DNA of 64,000 nucleotides from Eimeria praecox (taxonomy: Eukaryota). The stretch is from the NCBI GenBank assembly GCA_963920595.1, contig OY986946.1, positions 6,324,001 through 6,388,000 on the forward strand. The letters run 5' to 3'. Shown in pieces: positions 1 to 11,779 of this stretch. The notes beneath the pieces are model-generated. The model was not told the origin of the DNA and did not search any database. It saw only the letters and a program-made list of their open reading frames with translations. Each line of letters begins with the position of its first letter. Within the stretch, counting starts at the first letter, position 1. Position numbers and translations under genes: made by a program.

Positions 1-1926
1 GGTGAGATTTTGAAGAGCCGTGCGCATGTTTCATGTTTTGGGGGGTTGTTTAACAGGAAGAGTACGGGAGGCAGCCAATTGTGGGGCTTTGCTTGAACTG
101 CGCAGGACCATCCCTGGGTAGCGTCAGCGAATACCACAGACGCTCTTGCATATGCCCAGGCACTTCTTCAGCAACGAGCCACCAGCAGCTAGCAGAGCAC
201 CAAAGCTGCTTATAGCAGCCGCAAGGGTTGTATATCTTCGGATAATGCATCTGTTGCTCCCGGATGAATTTGAAGTTTTTTAACTTTTTCGAGCACGGGC
301 TGACAGCCGGTAGCTCAAAAACCGCGAAGCAACGCAAAGCTGGACTTCTTCACTTTGCTGCTCCGACCAGTTGGAGAGAAGTTTTGTCTAAATATCGTCT
401 GGGGGGTCATAGTAATGTAACGTGTCCACAGTGTCAGGGATAGCTCGTTTGTTAGAGAAAGCACCCTGGTCATCTGTAAGTGGCGTCTATGCGTGTCTGG
501 GGGGTCACCGCCTCTGGAAACGCCCGCTACGCCTGCTACACTGTCCCTGCCAGCCTGGGCTTTTTTTCAAGGGCAGTAGTTTATGCAGAATACTGTAGAT
601 CCATTCACTTCCGCCAATTACGGTTGCACTTTGGAGGAGCTAGAATGCCATTCTTCGTACTTCGATAAGTCAGATACCCCGTCTGGGAGTTTATCTGTAT
701 GCGACATGGGGAGTTACTTCTGCAGAGCCCTACGAAGGTTTTCAGAGCGCCCGGCGTTTGCGTGCTCTTCTTGTAAGTATCCCTACTCCTTTTTGAGTCG
801 AACCTATATACGTCTGGTTTACGGGAAACGCATCTTCTTCGGCGGGGAGTTGCCGCAGTATCAGCAAGGGACAACGTCTGCCGTAGTGGTTAGTATGGTT
901 CTGTTGCTCTTGCTATTCTCCACTTTTTGCTGTGCATCCGTGATCGAATTCTCTGTTAATGCCACAGCTGGTCTAACCGCCGCTTGTAACGTGGGAAGTC
1001 GCCTGCGAAGTGCTTAACAGATCCACATGCGCATAGGGATGGGTTTGCTGTAGGGAGATAGGCGGCGTGTTGTAAGCATCAACCTCCCCCGTGCAGTCCT
1101 TAGGACTGGTTCTGGACGCTTGGAAACGCTTTGCATTGCCTCTTCAAGCGCACTCTCGCTAAATTTGCATGATAGCTTGCCCTATCGTTAGAGCAGCACT
1201 TTCGGGAAAGCACGAATATCTGCCCACTTTTTGTGCTAAGTAGATCTCTCCCCAGCACCTGATGGGCCGCCGAATCCCCCTTTTTCCCCCTCGAACTTCT
1301 GCTCAAGTAGAGGTGGACCAAGTATTTTTTTGTATGAGCCACGAGGCCCGGCGTTCTGTTGGGTAACAGCGATGCGCTTCAATCAATCAATCAATCGATC
1401 CAGAGCCTCTGCCTGTAGTGCGGCCTTTACCGTCCATCTAGTAAAAGTAATGTTTCCACGCGGAATGCCTGTCTTCGCTGTTTTTCGCGGTGAGAATATC
1501 ACTGACTCTGAAGCGCCTCTCCCTGCTACGAAGCTGGTGCACAGCTACCCCGTGAGGGTCCGCATAAGCTAATCAGCAGCAACAAACACCCTTGTACTAC
1601 CTGTTACCAATGGAAAATGAATTTACGGGGGGTTCTGTTCAATACAGACATCCTTGTGCAATACGCCATCGGCATACTGAAGCGGAACTAAGTACTAACC
1701 CTGCCAGTGGGGCTCCACGCTGTCGGGTTCGTACCAAATACTGGGTTCAGCTACTGCGATGCATTCAGAGGACTAAAAAGAGCGTTTGTGGCCCTGGTAA
1801 GACAGGCCACATCGTGCAAAGCCGCCAGGGTCCGAGGCTCGCATTCCAGCTGACCACTGCGAAACAGCAAGAGGCCACGATCATTCTGTCGAGAATGTTT
1901 TCACTGCCAATAAATGTTGCATGTCT

Positions 1927-2945
1927 CTACGGAGAAGAAGCAGTATTAGCCCGTGTTACTCTCACAGCAGTCCCATATGCGGTGTATTCAACATGCATGC
2001 TTTGGAGGCCAGATGTTACCAGTCGCACACTCACAACTGCATTGGCACCAACAGCGGCAGCTGCCTCAGCAAGTCGCTGCAATGCAGAAGTACGTGTTTC
2101 TCTCAGCAGGTCGTGTAGCAGCTGCTGCTCGCCACCCAGCTGCTGCTGTAGCTGCTGCTTCCAAATTTCCAATACGCTCCGTCCACGCACCGCCGACCCC
2201 TCCACCAAGCCTGCAGATCCACGTGTACGCATTTTTAAATGAATTACGCCTTTGTATGCGGAGTTAGGGATGCGCAGGCGCTGACCCAGAAAATCCCTGG
2301 AGGCTCAGCCACCCTCTGGCTAATTCGTTTACTGGCCGAACTGCAGCATTTGATCAGCTACCGAAAAAATTGCACTGCTCAGCTGTCGTGTTCTAAATCT
2401 ATGCGAAACACCCCAAATCTAATCGAAAAAATCCTGATCGTCTTACCTTTATACTGAGCATTGGAGTGACCAGGGATTGTCGGAGAGGTCGATAGATGTA
2501 TTTCACTTCCATCAACAATAAAGCGCTGGGGCTGGGGAGGCTTGTTGGCCTCCTCCTCAACGCTCCTCCCCGCTACCGCTTGAGCAGCCTCTAGCCACTT
2601 GCTCCGAGTTTCACGACGAGCTTGGCCAGCGGCGGAAAAAATATGCATGCGTGCGTCAGCAGTACAGGGAAGGGATGGGTGCATGTGTTCGGTCCCAGGT
2701 GATCTTCTTCTTAGTAGCTGGTGCTGCGTCAGCGTTGTTGGAAGAGCAGCACAGTGGGGAAGAAAGGCTGAAGTTATCCCCTTAGCTTGTACGGTCGCCA
2801 AGGCAGGACCCACGCAGTTTGAACCAGGTCCCATCTGTCCGTGCTTACAGGCGAAGCAAGGCTTCCTTACTAGGAACGAGTTGTATAGCCTCTGCATTTT
2901 TACCGGCTCTGCCACGGAGGAAGTGACTAGTCGCTGCATATGCAT
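1927..2945 (-). CDS. YbjQ/UPF0145 (putative heavy-metal-binding) domain protein with N-terminal extension; 2 exons (2945-2447, 2210-1927)
   Basis: A GT-AG intron at 2446-2211 joins 'IHLSTSPTIPGHSNAQYK' to 'GLVEGSAVRGRSV...LGGE...LLRETRTSALQRLAEAAAAVGANAVVSVRL...EYTAYGTAVRV', the UPF0145 pattern. Start codon uncertain. Confidence 0.85.
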
Positions 2946-4317
2946 TCAGGAGCCGTCCGCCCCGGCCACCGAGTATGTAAAAGCGCAGGAGGTGAATTGA
3001 TTAGGCCTTCAGCGCGCTAGTAGAAGCAGAACAGATAATACGTGCATAAGATCGCGGTATATACGCTAGCCTAGCTTTATTTCGTAGGGAAGGCAATTGC
3101 TTGTCGCCTCGCCAGTGCTCGGCAGCACTTAGAAAGCATCCGCAAAGTTCATTACGTATTGGTCATAATCCTTCTCAGGAAAGCCATTCCAATACAATAT
3201 GAAAACTCTCAGGACTAAAAGACATGCGAATCTTGAGCCAGGCCTAGTAGAGGATCTATATGCCTCCAAGGCTTGGTTTATCCTTGCAGCCACAATCGTT
3301 GGGTTGGCAAGCCCCACTCGGTTTATCCTTGACTACCAGAAGAGTTGATCAACTATTGAGGCAAACACACCAACTTGATTCACCTGAAGTTGTTAATTTT
3401 TCAGGTTTAACTGGTTCTCATGCAACTGTGCAGTTCCCTGTCACATGTGGACCTGGCACCCTTAAGTACTCTGTTGTGCCTGCGCCTGCCGGGTGGAATT
3501 CCACTACTAACGTCGTTTAATTCAAATGGTTTAGTGACTTTGCAGGAGCAACTAGATTTTGAAAATGTGCCTCTTTAGAGCAAGCATGCGTTGGGACCCC
3601 TGTGTTACTGGGGCGTCGAGTTAACGTGCAGTGCAATGTGGTCTGTGCGGGATGGTCTGCCGGACGTTGTAACATGCAACTCTAGTTGCATGAAGGCTGC
3701 CTATAGACGGCCAAATAAGTGGTTAACAATCGCATACAGTGCTTATGCGTGCATAAAAACGGGTCTTGGGAACGCTCGCATGTAGGCCCGCCAAGCAGCA
3801 GGAGTTGGATCAAGTTGAGCTTGGAACTAACTCAAGCCTGCTTCTTTTCCCGGCCCAAACCCTTGGGACATCTGTGCACAGGACTCGTGGATAGAGGAGG
3901 GCAAGCTAGTTGCCTTATGAGGACTCTTACATTAAGTCTTTGACTCTATCACTGAGCACGCTCTGCATGATTTCTGTACTTGCAGCCCAGTTAGCATGCA
4001 GACTGACTACGTAAGGTGACATAGGTGTTTAAATACAGTGTGCAGTGCATGCTGCAATGTTACAGCATTCAGAAAAGGAGCATTTGCTGTGCTTGCATGT
4101 GGGGTTGGTCGTGCACCCGTAGCTGCCACCAGGTGCATTTTTAAGCCCTTGACAGCCTAGCCCACAAGCCCATGCCCTTGGACAGGGGACAGGGTTAGCC
4201 ATGATATCTGGAGGCTGGACAGGATAACAGCTGCTTTTGCAAACAATTTTCATAAGGTAGTTGAATCTAGTGCACCTCACGGCGGTCTTTACGGTAAGTT
4301 TGAGGACTCACTACACA

Positions 4318-5182
4318 TGGTAGCACCTCATGGTTCACCGCGACAGGCGAGAACAAGAAACCCCACCCCCCGCAAAGTGGCGGCCTAGTGTTTCTAGTGT
4401 GGATCAATAAATAATATGGAAGGAAAGAGGAAATATCAAAAAAAACATTTTGGGGGAAATCCACAGTGAAGCCTCAATCTCTTCCCATGAATAATTGATG
4501 TTGATTATGATCTGCTCCAGAGTGGAGAAATAACCCACGCTAGGGGGCCTCAAGGCGCAGAAACAAGTTCGCTTTGCACATCCCGTTCGGTGGAGAATGC
4601 ATTTGCACCAAGAGCAATTATGAAGAGTGCCAACGCCCTCGCCGCCCTGCCAGATATGGGGGGCCCCGCGGCATGGAGGCCGTAGAGAAGTTCCTTGATT
4701 CCTTCGGTTTATACTTTTGTCTTCGAAATGCACCGGAAGACCTAAAACTGGCAGTGGCATCTTCTCGCTTAAAGGGGACACACGAGGATGGGGGTTTCAT
4801 CCAAGCACAGGTTCCGCTTTCCCGGTGTGCCTCAAGATTACGCAGGGTTCCCGGGGTTTCCCTGCGCTGCAGGCTTACTCCCAGGTCTGCAAGGAAGCAG
4901 GCTGTCGAGGAACAGAGTAAACACAAGCAAGGAAAGCTCTCGACCGGGCGCTACATCGAGAAGTATCAGTCATTGGTAAACAGAAATCCACTGGTGGACC
5001 GGAAGCGCCTTTATAATGGATTTATACAAGGGCTGTCCCCCGGAGAGAGGCTGCCGGCAATCTTTTGGGCCGTGGATAGGGGACGAGGGAGTCAAATCGT
5101 TGAGCTTACAGAGATGATGGAGTATCGCCGCATAAGGGAAAGACAAAAGGAAAGAGAAGATACCACTTCCGCAGGCCTATAG
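4318..5182 (+). mobile_element. Degenerate Ty3/gypsy-type LTR retrotransposon fragment: putative primer-binding site plus frameshifted gag
   Basis: The translation 'RPARYGG..EAVEKFLDSFGLYF...EDLKLAVASSRLKG(DTRGW)...KQGKLSTGRYIEKYQSL...LYNGFIQGL' follows the Retrotrans_gag capsid pattern, with a frame switch near 4775. CA|TGGTAGCACCTCATGGTT at 4316-4335 resembles an LTR end followed by an initiator-Met PBS. Confidence 0.7.
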
Positions 5183-6309
5183 AGCTGCAGTGGAGTCAAA
5201 AGCCCCCCAAATCAACTGGACTTTCCTACAGCCTTCATTTTTCTGGTGCACTGGAGCCCAAAGGCCTGAGACTGCTGCCGAAAGGAGGCAGTCTGTCATG
5301 GGATGCAGTGCAGCTCGCTGGAGCCAGTGTTGCAAATCAACGCCACATGCAACCACAGTCATGCCATCTTTGTTGCATATTCTGACACTATAAATTTGTT
5401 AAGCGCCAGTCTTGCCCTCATTAGCCAGCCCGCGGTCAGGGGGAAATAGAAGTACGAGTTTCCGATCGTGCATAATGAGTGCACCGGGCCTTCGTGCTGC
5501 CGTGCCCAGAGAGCCTGGAGACTAGGTAGGTAGGAAAGCTGATTTATGGTAGCTTTTTTTCTTAGGATTTTCGACTGTATCAGAACTCACAGCGCCTCTC
5601 GGCCAATATCGAGGGCTTTTGTCATGGAGATCGTCGGATTCTGTCACCCACGCTGCCAAACTTACACGGGAGACAGCCTGCAATCTTGCGCAAGTAAACC
5701 ATACTTCTGCAGAGCTATCTAATCAATTAGTGAATAATCAACTCAGTTTTACAATTTGAGTGCGTATCTCGCTCTTTCCAGCCCCTGCTTTAGCAGTGGT
5801 GTCCATCACGTGGCTGTGCCGCAACGCGGAGGCGGTTGTAGTAGCCTCAGCGTTGTTGCACACCAACCCTTAGTAGACCCCCAATCCTACCAAAGCCTTA
5901 ATAAGGGCTAAAGTTACTGTGTAATCGAGTTGGAAGTTATGAAGGTAACGGACCTGGTCTTATTTGGTAAGCATTGGCGCTCTATGCACACGAGGTCATC
6001 CAGCCCCAGGCAGTGCCATCAGTGTCTTGTGAGCAGTGTGCACAGGGAATTGCAAGATAGTTAGGTCGCTGAGCTCGTTCCCGCATTTATGTATTTCTCA
6101 ACGGCTACATTCGGCTATTCCCTCGAGAACCAGGTCCACTGCAGTGGGCGGCAGTAGCTAGCGCCCTCCCGAACGATGACCGAAACGGGAGAATGAGGCG
6201 TCAACCTCTTCTCTATTGAGAAACAACAGGCTAAGTTAGGTCATCATCCAGCAGGAAGACTCAAAGAATCGAGATTTCTCTGTGTTTCGGGGGCCCCTGC
6301 GAGTTCGGG

Positions 6310-9300
6310 ATGAAGCCGAACATCGGCGCAGACCCTCTACCCGTGATGGGCCATGGCGAGCTCCCTCCACCAAAACCTGTTGACGGTCGTACAGAAGGAA
6401 GAAATGCCTCGGCAGTTCCCCCAAAACCTCGTTCTAACACCGTGGCTACTTTCCTCAATCCGCAGCTGCTACCAGAGCCTCTGGGCGGCAGCCACAGGCG
6501 GCGATCCAGCATTGAAATCCCCCACCATGCCAGGGTTCAAGAGAGACGCAATGCAGTTACTGGAAAGCCTCTGGGTTATTCTGCTCTTGTCGAGAAAAGC
6601 ATCCGCACAACCACACATGGGGCATCTGTTACCAGCGCCGTGGATCCATCACTTTCTAGAATGAGCAGCAAGGCATCATGGAACCCTGACCAGTCTGCCT
6701 GCAGCTTGAGTACAAGCAGACAAAGTTCAAGTTGCCACAGAAGGCTCAGCGCAAGCGATCGAATCACGGGAAGCGTTACCCACAACAGTGTCCGCCGAGA
6801 GTCACATTCCCATAGAGATGAGTCCCCATCCTGTTCGACCCATGGAACATCGGTGACACGAGGTGGAATCCGCACAACTCACAGGCATTCTTCTGTCACT
6901 GGAGCACCCTCCAAATCCTCACAGCCCGTCTCCAGAGAGACGCTCACTACCACTGTTGATTCAAGTCGCTCCTCTCGTAACTGTCAAGCTTCATTAACAT
7001 CGTCCAAGCATGCTTTTTCGCACGTCGAGAAACCGACAGTTCATCGGGATTCGTCAGTTTACCGTAAAGATCAGAAAAGGGCAGAAGACGTCACTGGAGG
7101 TTGCCGTACGGATCAAGCTGTAGGCGTGGGGCGTGTCGGATCAAGCATTCCAACTGCCAGAGATCGTCTAGCCCCTTCGGCCCTTTTGTTCAGCGCTACG
7201 CGCACGAGAGATTCCCTCCTGGTCCCTGGAGAGGGCAGAGCCTACCACTTGGGCGTCCAGCATGGGGAGCTGTACAACAGAATCCTAACGGTTGGACATG
7301 CAGGGCGAGCAGACTGGCTAGCTGAACGCTTCCTCGACTCACACATGAGAACTTTGTCCTTGAAAAGCAATCGCAACTTCAGACTCCATTCGGGTGAGCT
7401 AGCGGCGCCTTGTCTTAGGGCTATGGCCAAAGCATATTTTTTTGAGGGAGAGTGAGTGGCATACCAGTAAGCAAGCTTTCCGGTTCATACAGTCTACCGC
7501 GCGTGGCAGTTTTGTACATCCATAATCATCACTCGTAATACATGATCGCATAAGACCAGGCGATTGCCTATTTGTTATCAGGGTTCTACAAGAATAAACC
7601 GGTATCTATTGTCTCCATTGGTATGGGGGCCCCTATGATGGACGTGCTGGTTCGGGAAGCCTCCTACCTCACGGATGGCCCTCTAGCAATCGTCAGACTT
7701 GGTATTCCTATAATATTGGCATATGCTAAAGTTGGCGCAGAATTAAACGTAGCAACCTGAAGAGTAGTATTTTATCACAGAGTGTAATTAACGATGCATC
7801 CGTACAGTTGCAAGGAAACATAGCGTAGAAGAGTGGGACAAAAAGTTGAGCTGCGCACAGTTCCTCGCATTAAATGGCAGACTGGCCACCAATTTCTGCT
7901 TCATAGGTCGACTTAGCTGCATGCTAGTTTATATGGAGGGCAAATCCACTGAAGCAATGCTCTCTGTCCTGTCCGCTGTGCGGCATTTGTTTTTTCAGGC
8001 ACCTGCACCTTGCTCGACCAAGACCTTCGGCCAGGGTCAATCGTCGTTGCAACCCCGGGATCGCTAGGATGCTACACTAACTATGCGTTTTTCGATGGGA
8101 CAGCTGCAGATTACTCAAGAACTCAAGGTGCTTTCGCATGGCGAAGTAGCTGCCACCGTCGTTAGTAGCATGGCGGCGTGTACACATAACTGAATTTCTA
8201 AGTTTTGGCTAGCTCTTCAGGCACTCACTTTATCTTGCCCCCGTTCAAAGCCGCACACCGTTTCAGGCTAATGCAGCTTACAGTGAGATTACGAATTCTA
8301 GTGGTACGGATGAAGTGATATTAGTTTTGCTCTTCAGAACCTTGCAAGACAATCTTAGTGACTACACTAATTCGCGGCTATATTTCTGCCCGTGCTGCGT
8401 TGTGCTGGTAGAGATGAAGCCTTACATTATTACGAGGCCTTGCGCTGCCGACCCGGAGCTCTCAAGGTGCGAATTTTCTCCCTTGTCAGTCAAGAAATAC
8501 TCCTTTGAGTTCTTGACGCGTGGTGCAGATTGTCTGTATATTCTTGTTGCGTCTGCCTACTTACCACAGGCTCATATACCGTCATGTTGCAGCTCATGAT
8601 CCGGAATCCGTCTTTGAAGGTTAGTCACTGCGCTTCAAGCTTGTTGAATCTTCTGAGCGTGTCTCAGTAAATTGCTAGCTGCTGCTGTCGCGTGCATTCC
8701 CTGCATATCTACCGAAGCCTTGCATGTGTGCAACTGTTTTGTAAATAATACTGCCACCCCTAATCTGTCCAACTTTCCGGTTCTCGGGGCTCCATACGCT
8801 ACAGGATTGAACGTATCAGCAGAGACTTTCTACAGCTGCCAGGCGCGAGAAGATCAACTGTTTCGGGTGCGTGCAGCAGGATACTGTGCTGCAGCGCCTT
8901 CTCTTTGCTGTACCTGTCTTAAATCATGCGGGTGCATGCCGAGAAGGGCACCAGACACACTGGCAGGCGCAGCACTCCACATTTGTCTTTTTGCTGCAGG
9001 ATGAAAACGAAAACCTCTTGGAAACGCTGCTGCTTTGCGGCGCTCAAACAATGGAAATGGAAACACATCAGCTTCTTCATTTGGCTTCCAGAAGATTAGA
9101 GCTTATGAAGGCAGCAGCAGTTCACATTGGAGTAACTAGCCGTACTAACGACCAGTTCATGCATCCCATCACTGTAAGAAACCCGCATGACGCAGATTTT
9201 CGCAGTTTTTTCGCTCCTCCTGTCAGATGCCGCTGTGTACTTCGTAATGTTAATCACCATGGCAAGATGAAAGGCTGAATGAAGTCCTTCCACTTAAGCG

Positions 9301-9474
9301 CACACTATAATTTCAAAGGGAGCATCAAGCATCGAGCTCAGACACGCGCGCCTGCTGCACACAGCAGTAGACCATCCGTATTCGTGTGTTACTCTTCAGC
9401 CTTCCCAACTGAACGAGCTAGTGGCAGTAGCTGGGAAAGCCTGTCTCGACGCTCTCGTCGATGTGGCAATATGA
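6310..9474 (+). CDS. Uridine/purine nucleoside phosphorylase (PNP_UDP_1 fold), about 8 exons, with a long Ser/Arg/His-rich N-terminal extension
   Basis: Exon motifs 'YHLGV..GELYNRILTVG', 'VSIVSIGMGAPMMD', 'AIVRLG|TC', 'GLNVSAETFYSCQ', 'TMEMETHQL' joined by GT-AG introns. Stop TGA at 9472-9474. Confidence 0.85.
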
Positions 9475-10150
9475 TGGATGTGGAGGACTATGACAGCTAG
9501 CCAAGTTGCGAAGAATCGACTACAGTAGAAGCGTGGTGAAAGGGGCAAAGTGAAGGGAGATAACTTTCGCTGTATGCAATGGCTCAAACCCTCCCCCTCA
9601 TCACGGACAGGAAAAGTCCAAAGTGGAAACACACGCCAACAAAGAACACTGAAAAACGCAGTTGTATGATGGGTTAAAATTTCCGCGAGCCCTTCAGAGC
9701 CCTTCACTGTTTTCCCAGATAATTTTTTCGGTCTCTCACACTGCCAGTGCAAAAACAATGTTCCTGCCGGCAACAGAAGAGCTCGGGATGGTGCATATAT
9801 TGCATTCCGCACATGCACATTCCAGCGTCTAAAACCAAAGGCAGGCCACTCCCTATCTTAAGGTCGGCGTCGGTCGGCGTACACCGTCCTGGTTTAAGCG
9901 CTCACCTTTATATACAACTTATTAATACCCTTCAACGAATGTAAGGGGTCATGATACACTCAGGAAATGGAAGTTCTCAAGCAACATATTTCTAGCACTT
10001 CATCAGAGGAGTGTAGTTAACCCCTGGCCGCAAGAGCTTATATGCAGCCCTTGAGTGGCAGCCAAAGTTGTCTGCATGGCTTTGGCTTAGAGTACGCATC
10101 ATAGCAGATCCAATCAACACAAGAACACCACAACTCACAGATCATCCTCA

Positions 10151-10981
10151 CTAACCGTTTCTGCGCACCCTGCCTCTGTAAAAGTGAGTGGCTCGAGCGC
10201 GGACCATGTGGTCTTGTCTCCATCTCGGGTGTCGAGGAGCCTGTTTCCCCACGAGGTACGGCGTGAGGTGCTTTGGTATGCCTCTGCTACGTGGCGGCGG
10301 GGATGTTAACGCCTGCTTGTGGCGGGGGTTTGCGTTGCAGTCCACCCCAAGGATTGGAACGTGCCAACGCCGAACCACATAGCGGCAACTGCTGCACAGG
10401 AGCTCCAGAACACCACGATGCCACATGAGACGAACGGGGCTAGTAGCACTGAAAGCCCCCAAGAGACGCGGCGGTACCGGTGATCCGCCGCATGCTGTTG
10501 TACCTACACTGCTTGGTTGGCGAATGACGTCTGAGCTGGGAGATGTCGACACATCTCCAGAGTCACATGCCGCCAAACCCCTGGCCTGTTGTCCCTGAAA
10601 TGTCTTGTATTCTGAGCTGCAGCACTCATCTGAAGAACTGCTGATGGGGGAGTCAACGGCGGAAGGTGGAGGACCTCCTACGACTGCAGCATGCTCAATG
10701 TTCCTCCGCAGTCCACTTGATAAGAGTTGATTGGCACACACGTTTGGCACCGCGAATGCATGCAGGAGACGAGCAGTGTGCCAAGGATATTGAAAAACGA
10801 ATGTCTCCCTGCGCTGTACCGCGGCACATCGCCTATCCTGATCCTGGGGGGTGTAGGTGTGCGTGCCATTAACAGCTGTAGTTCTGTAGCATGAACTCCC
10901 GATCCAGCTGAAGGAAACCTTTCTCTGCAGCATCCGCTGGGCATGCTGAAGAGTCATTATTGCTTTGTGTGTTTCCCACAT
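10151..10981 (-). CDS. bL36-like (probably mitochondrial) ribosomal protein with long extensions
   Basis: Single ORF containing 'HRGVLELLCSSCRYVVRRW...VDCNANPRHKQ', matching the bL36 Cx2C...Cx5H zinc ribbon and its NPRHKQ end. First ATG at 10981; the ORF is open to 11029. Confidence 0.65.
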   Translation of the reverse strand: MWETHKAIMTLQHAQRMLQRKVSFSWIGSSCYRTTAVNGTHTYTPQDQDRRCAAVQRRETFVFQYPWHTARLLHAFAVPNVCANQLLSSGLRRNIEHAAVVGGPPPSAVDSPISSSSDECCSSEYKTFQGQQARGLAACDSGDVSTSPSSDVIRQPSSVGTTACGGSPVPPRLLGAFSATSPVRLMWHRGVLELLCSSCRYVVRRWHVPILGVDCNANPRHKQALTSPPPRSRGIPKHLTPYLVGKQAPRHPRWRQDHMVRARATHFYRGRVRRNG

Positions 10982-11779
10982 GGCAATCGATAGTTCAGCT
11001 GGGCACCGCCGCGATGCCGGCCTCAGCACCCAAGCGGAAAGCCGACACTTTAACCAACGACAGTAAGTTCATTTCACAAGTACAACGTCATAATATATTT
11101 GGAAGAAGTGCACTCAGGTTCCCTCGTAGGAGTCAGGAGCCCCGAACCCGGTACAGACACTTAGGTACGGTGCTCTGGGGGCTTGGCGTACAATGGCACT
11201 CCCCAGTTGTCGGCAGCGCAGGAAAATGATGCTTTCCCCTCACGTTTAGGGTATTATTTTCCTATTTACTACCAATTCCACCTGGGAGTGCATTTTCTAA
11301 GAGCCCTGCTCGCCAGGCGCATTGTACGGCACCTTGCCAGGCGTTCCTGCCGCTGCCGTTTTGAAGACGTCTGGGCCCATTAGCTTTTTTTGGAGTCGTC
11401 ATTGCTGCTGAATCGTGATTAATTGTCCATCTACGCTGAAACGGAAAGAGGAAGTTCGAAAGGAGTCCTATTCAATCGCCCTGAGCTAGCTGAGCAGCTC
11501 GTGGGCCGGTGTGCTAGTGCTCCAGGGACGCATCCTAGCTGGGGAACGCGTCTGATTGCCTCAGGCTTTTTGATGCGATTGAACCCAGCAAGTATAGCTG
11601 GGTAGGATTGTTAGAGGCAAGGCCTCAGAGGAATCCCAAGGGATAAATAAGTCGTTTGTGTGCGGACAAGCCCTTACTTGTCTCTGACCTTTACCTTCAT
11701 TAGAGAGGCCGGCAAACTGGCCTGCAGAGGTGTTTTGAGGCGGGTGGCCCCCTTCTAACAAGTGGTCGCCTGCAGCAGC

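Noticed and set aside
1..1350. Several ORFs and interrupted minus-strand frames, possibly a pseudogene
   Set aside because: Multiple stops in every frame, and no motif or splice chain I can recognise.
1592..3000. Plus-strand ORFs of 216, 104 and 133 aa
   Set aside because: Antisense shadows of the YbjQ-like gene.
3129..4280. Short ORFs, including a Cys-rich one, considered as a viral or secreted-protein fragment
   Set aside because: No recognisable family. Part of the region may be LTR sequence.
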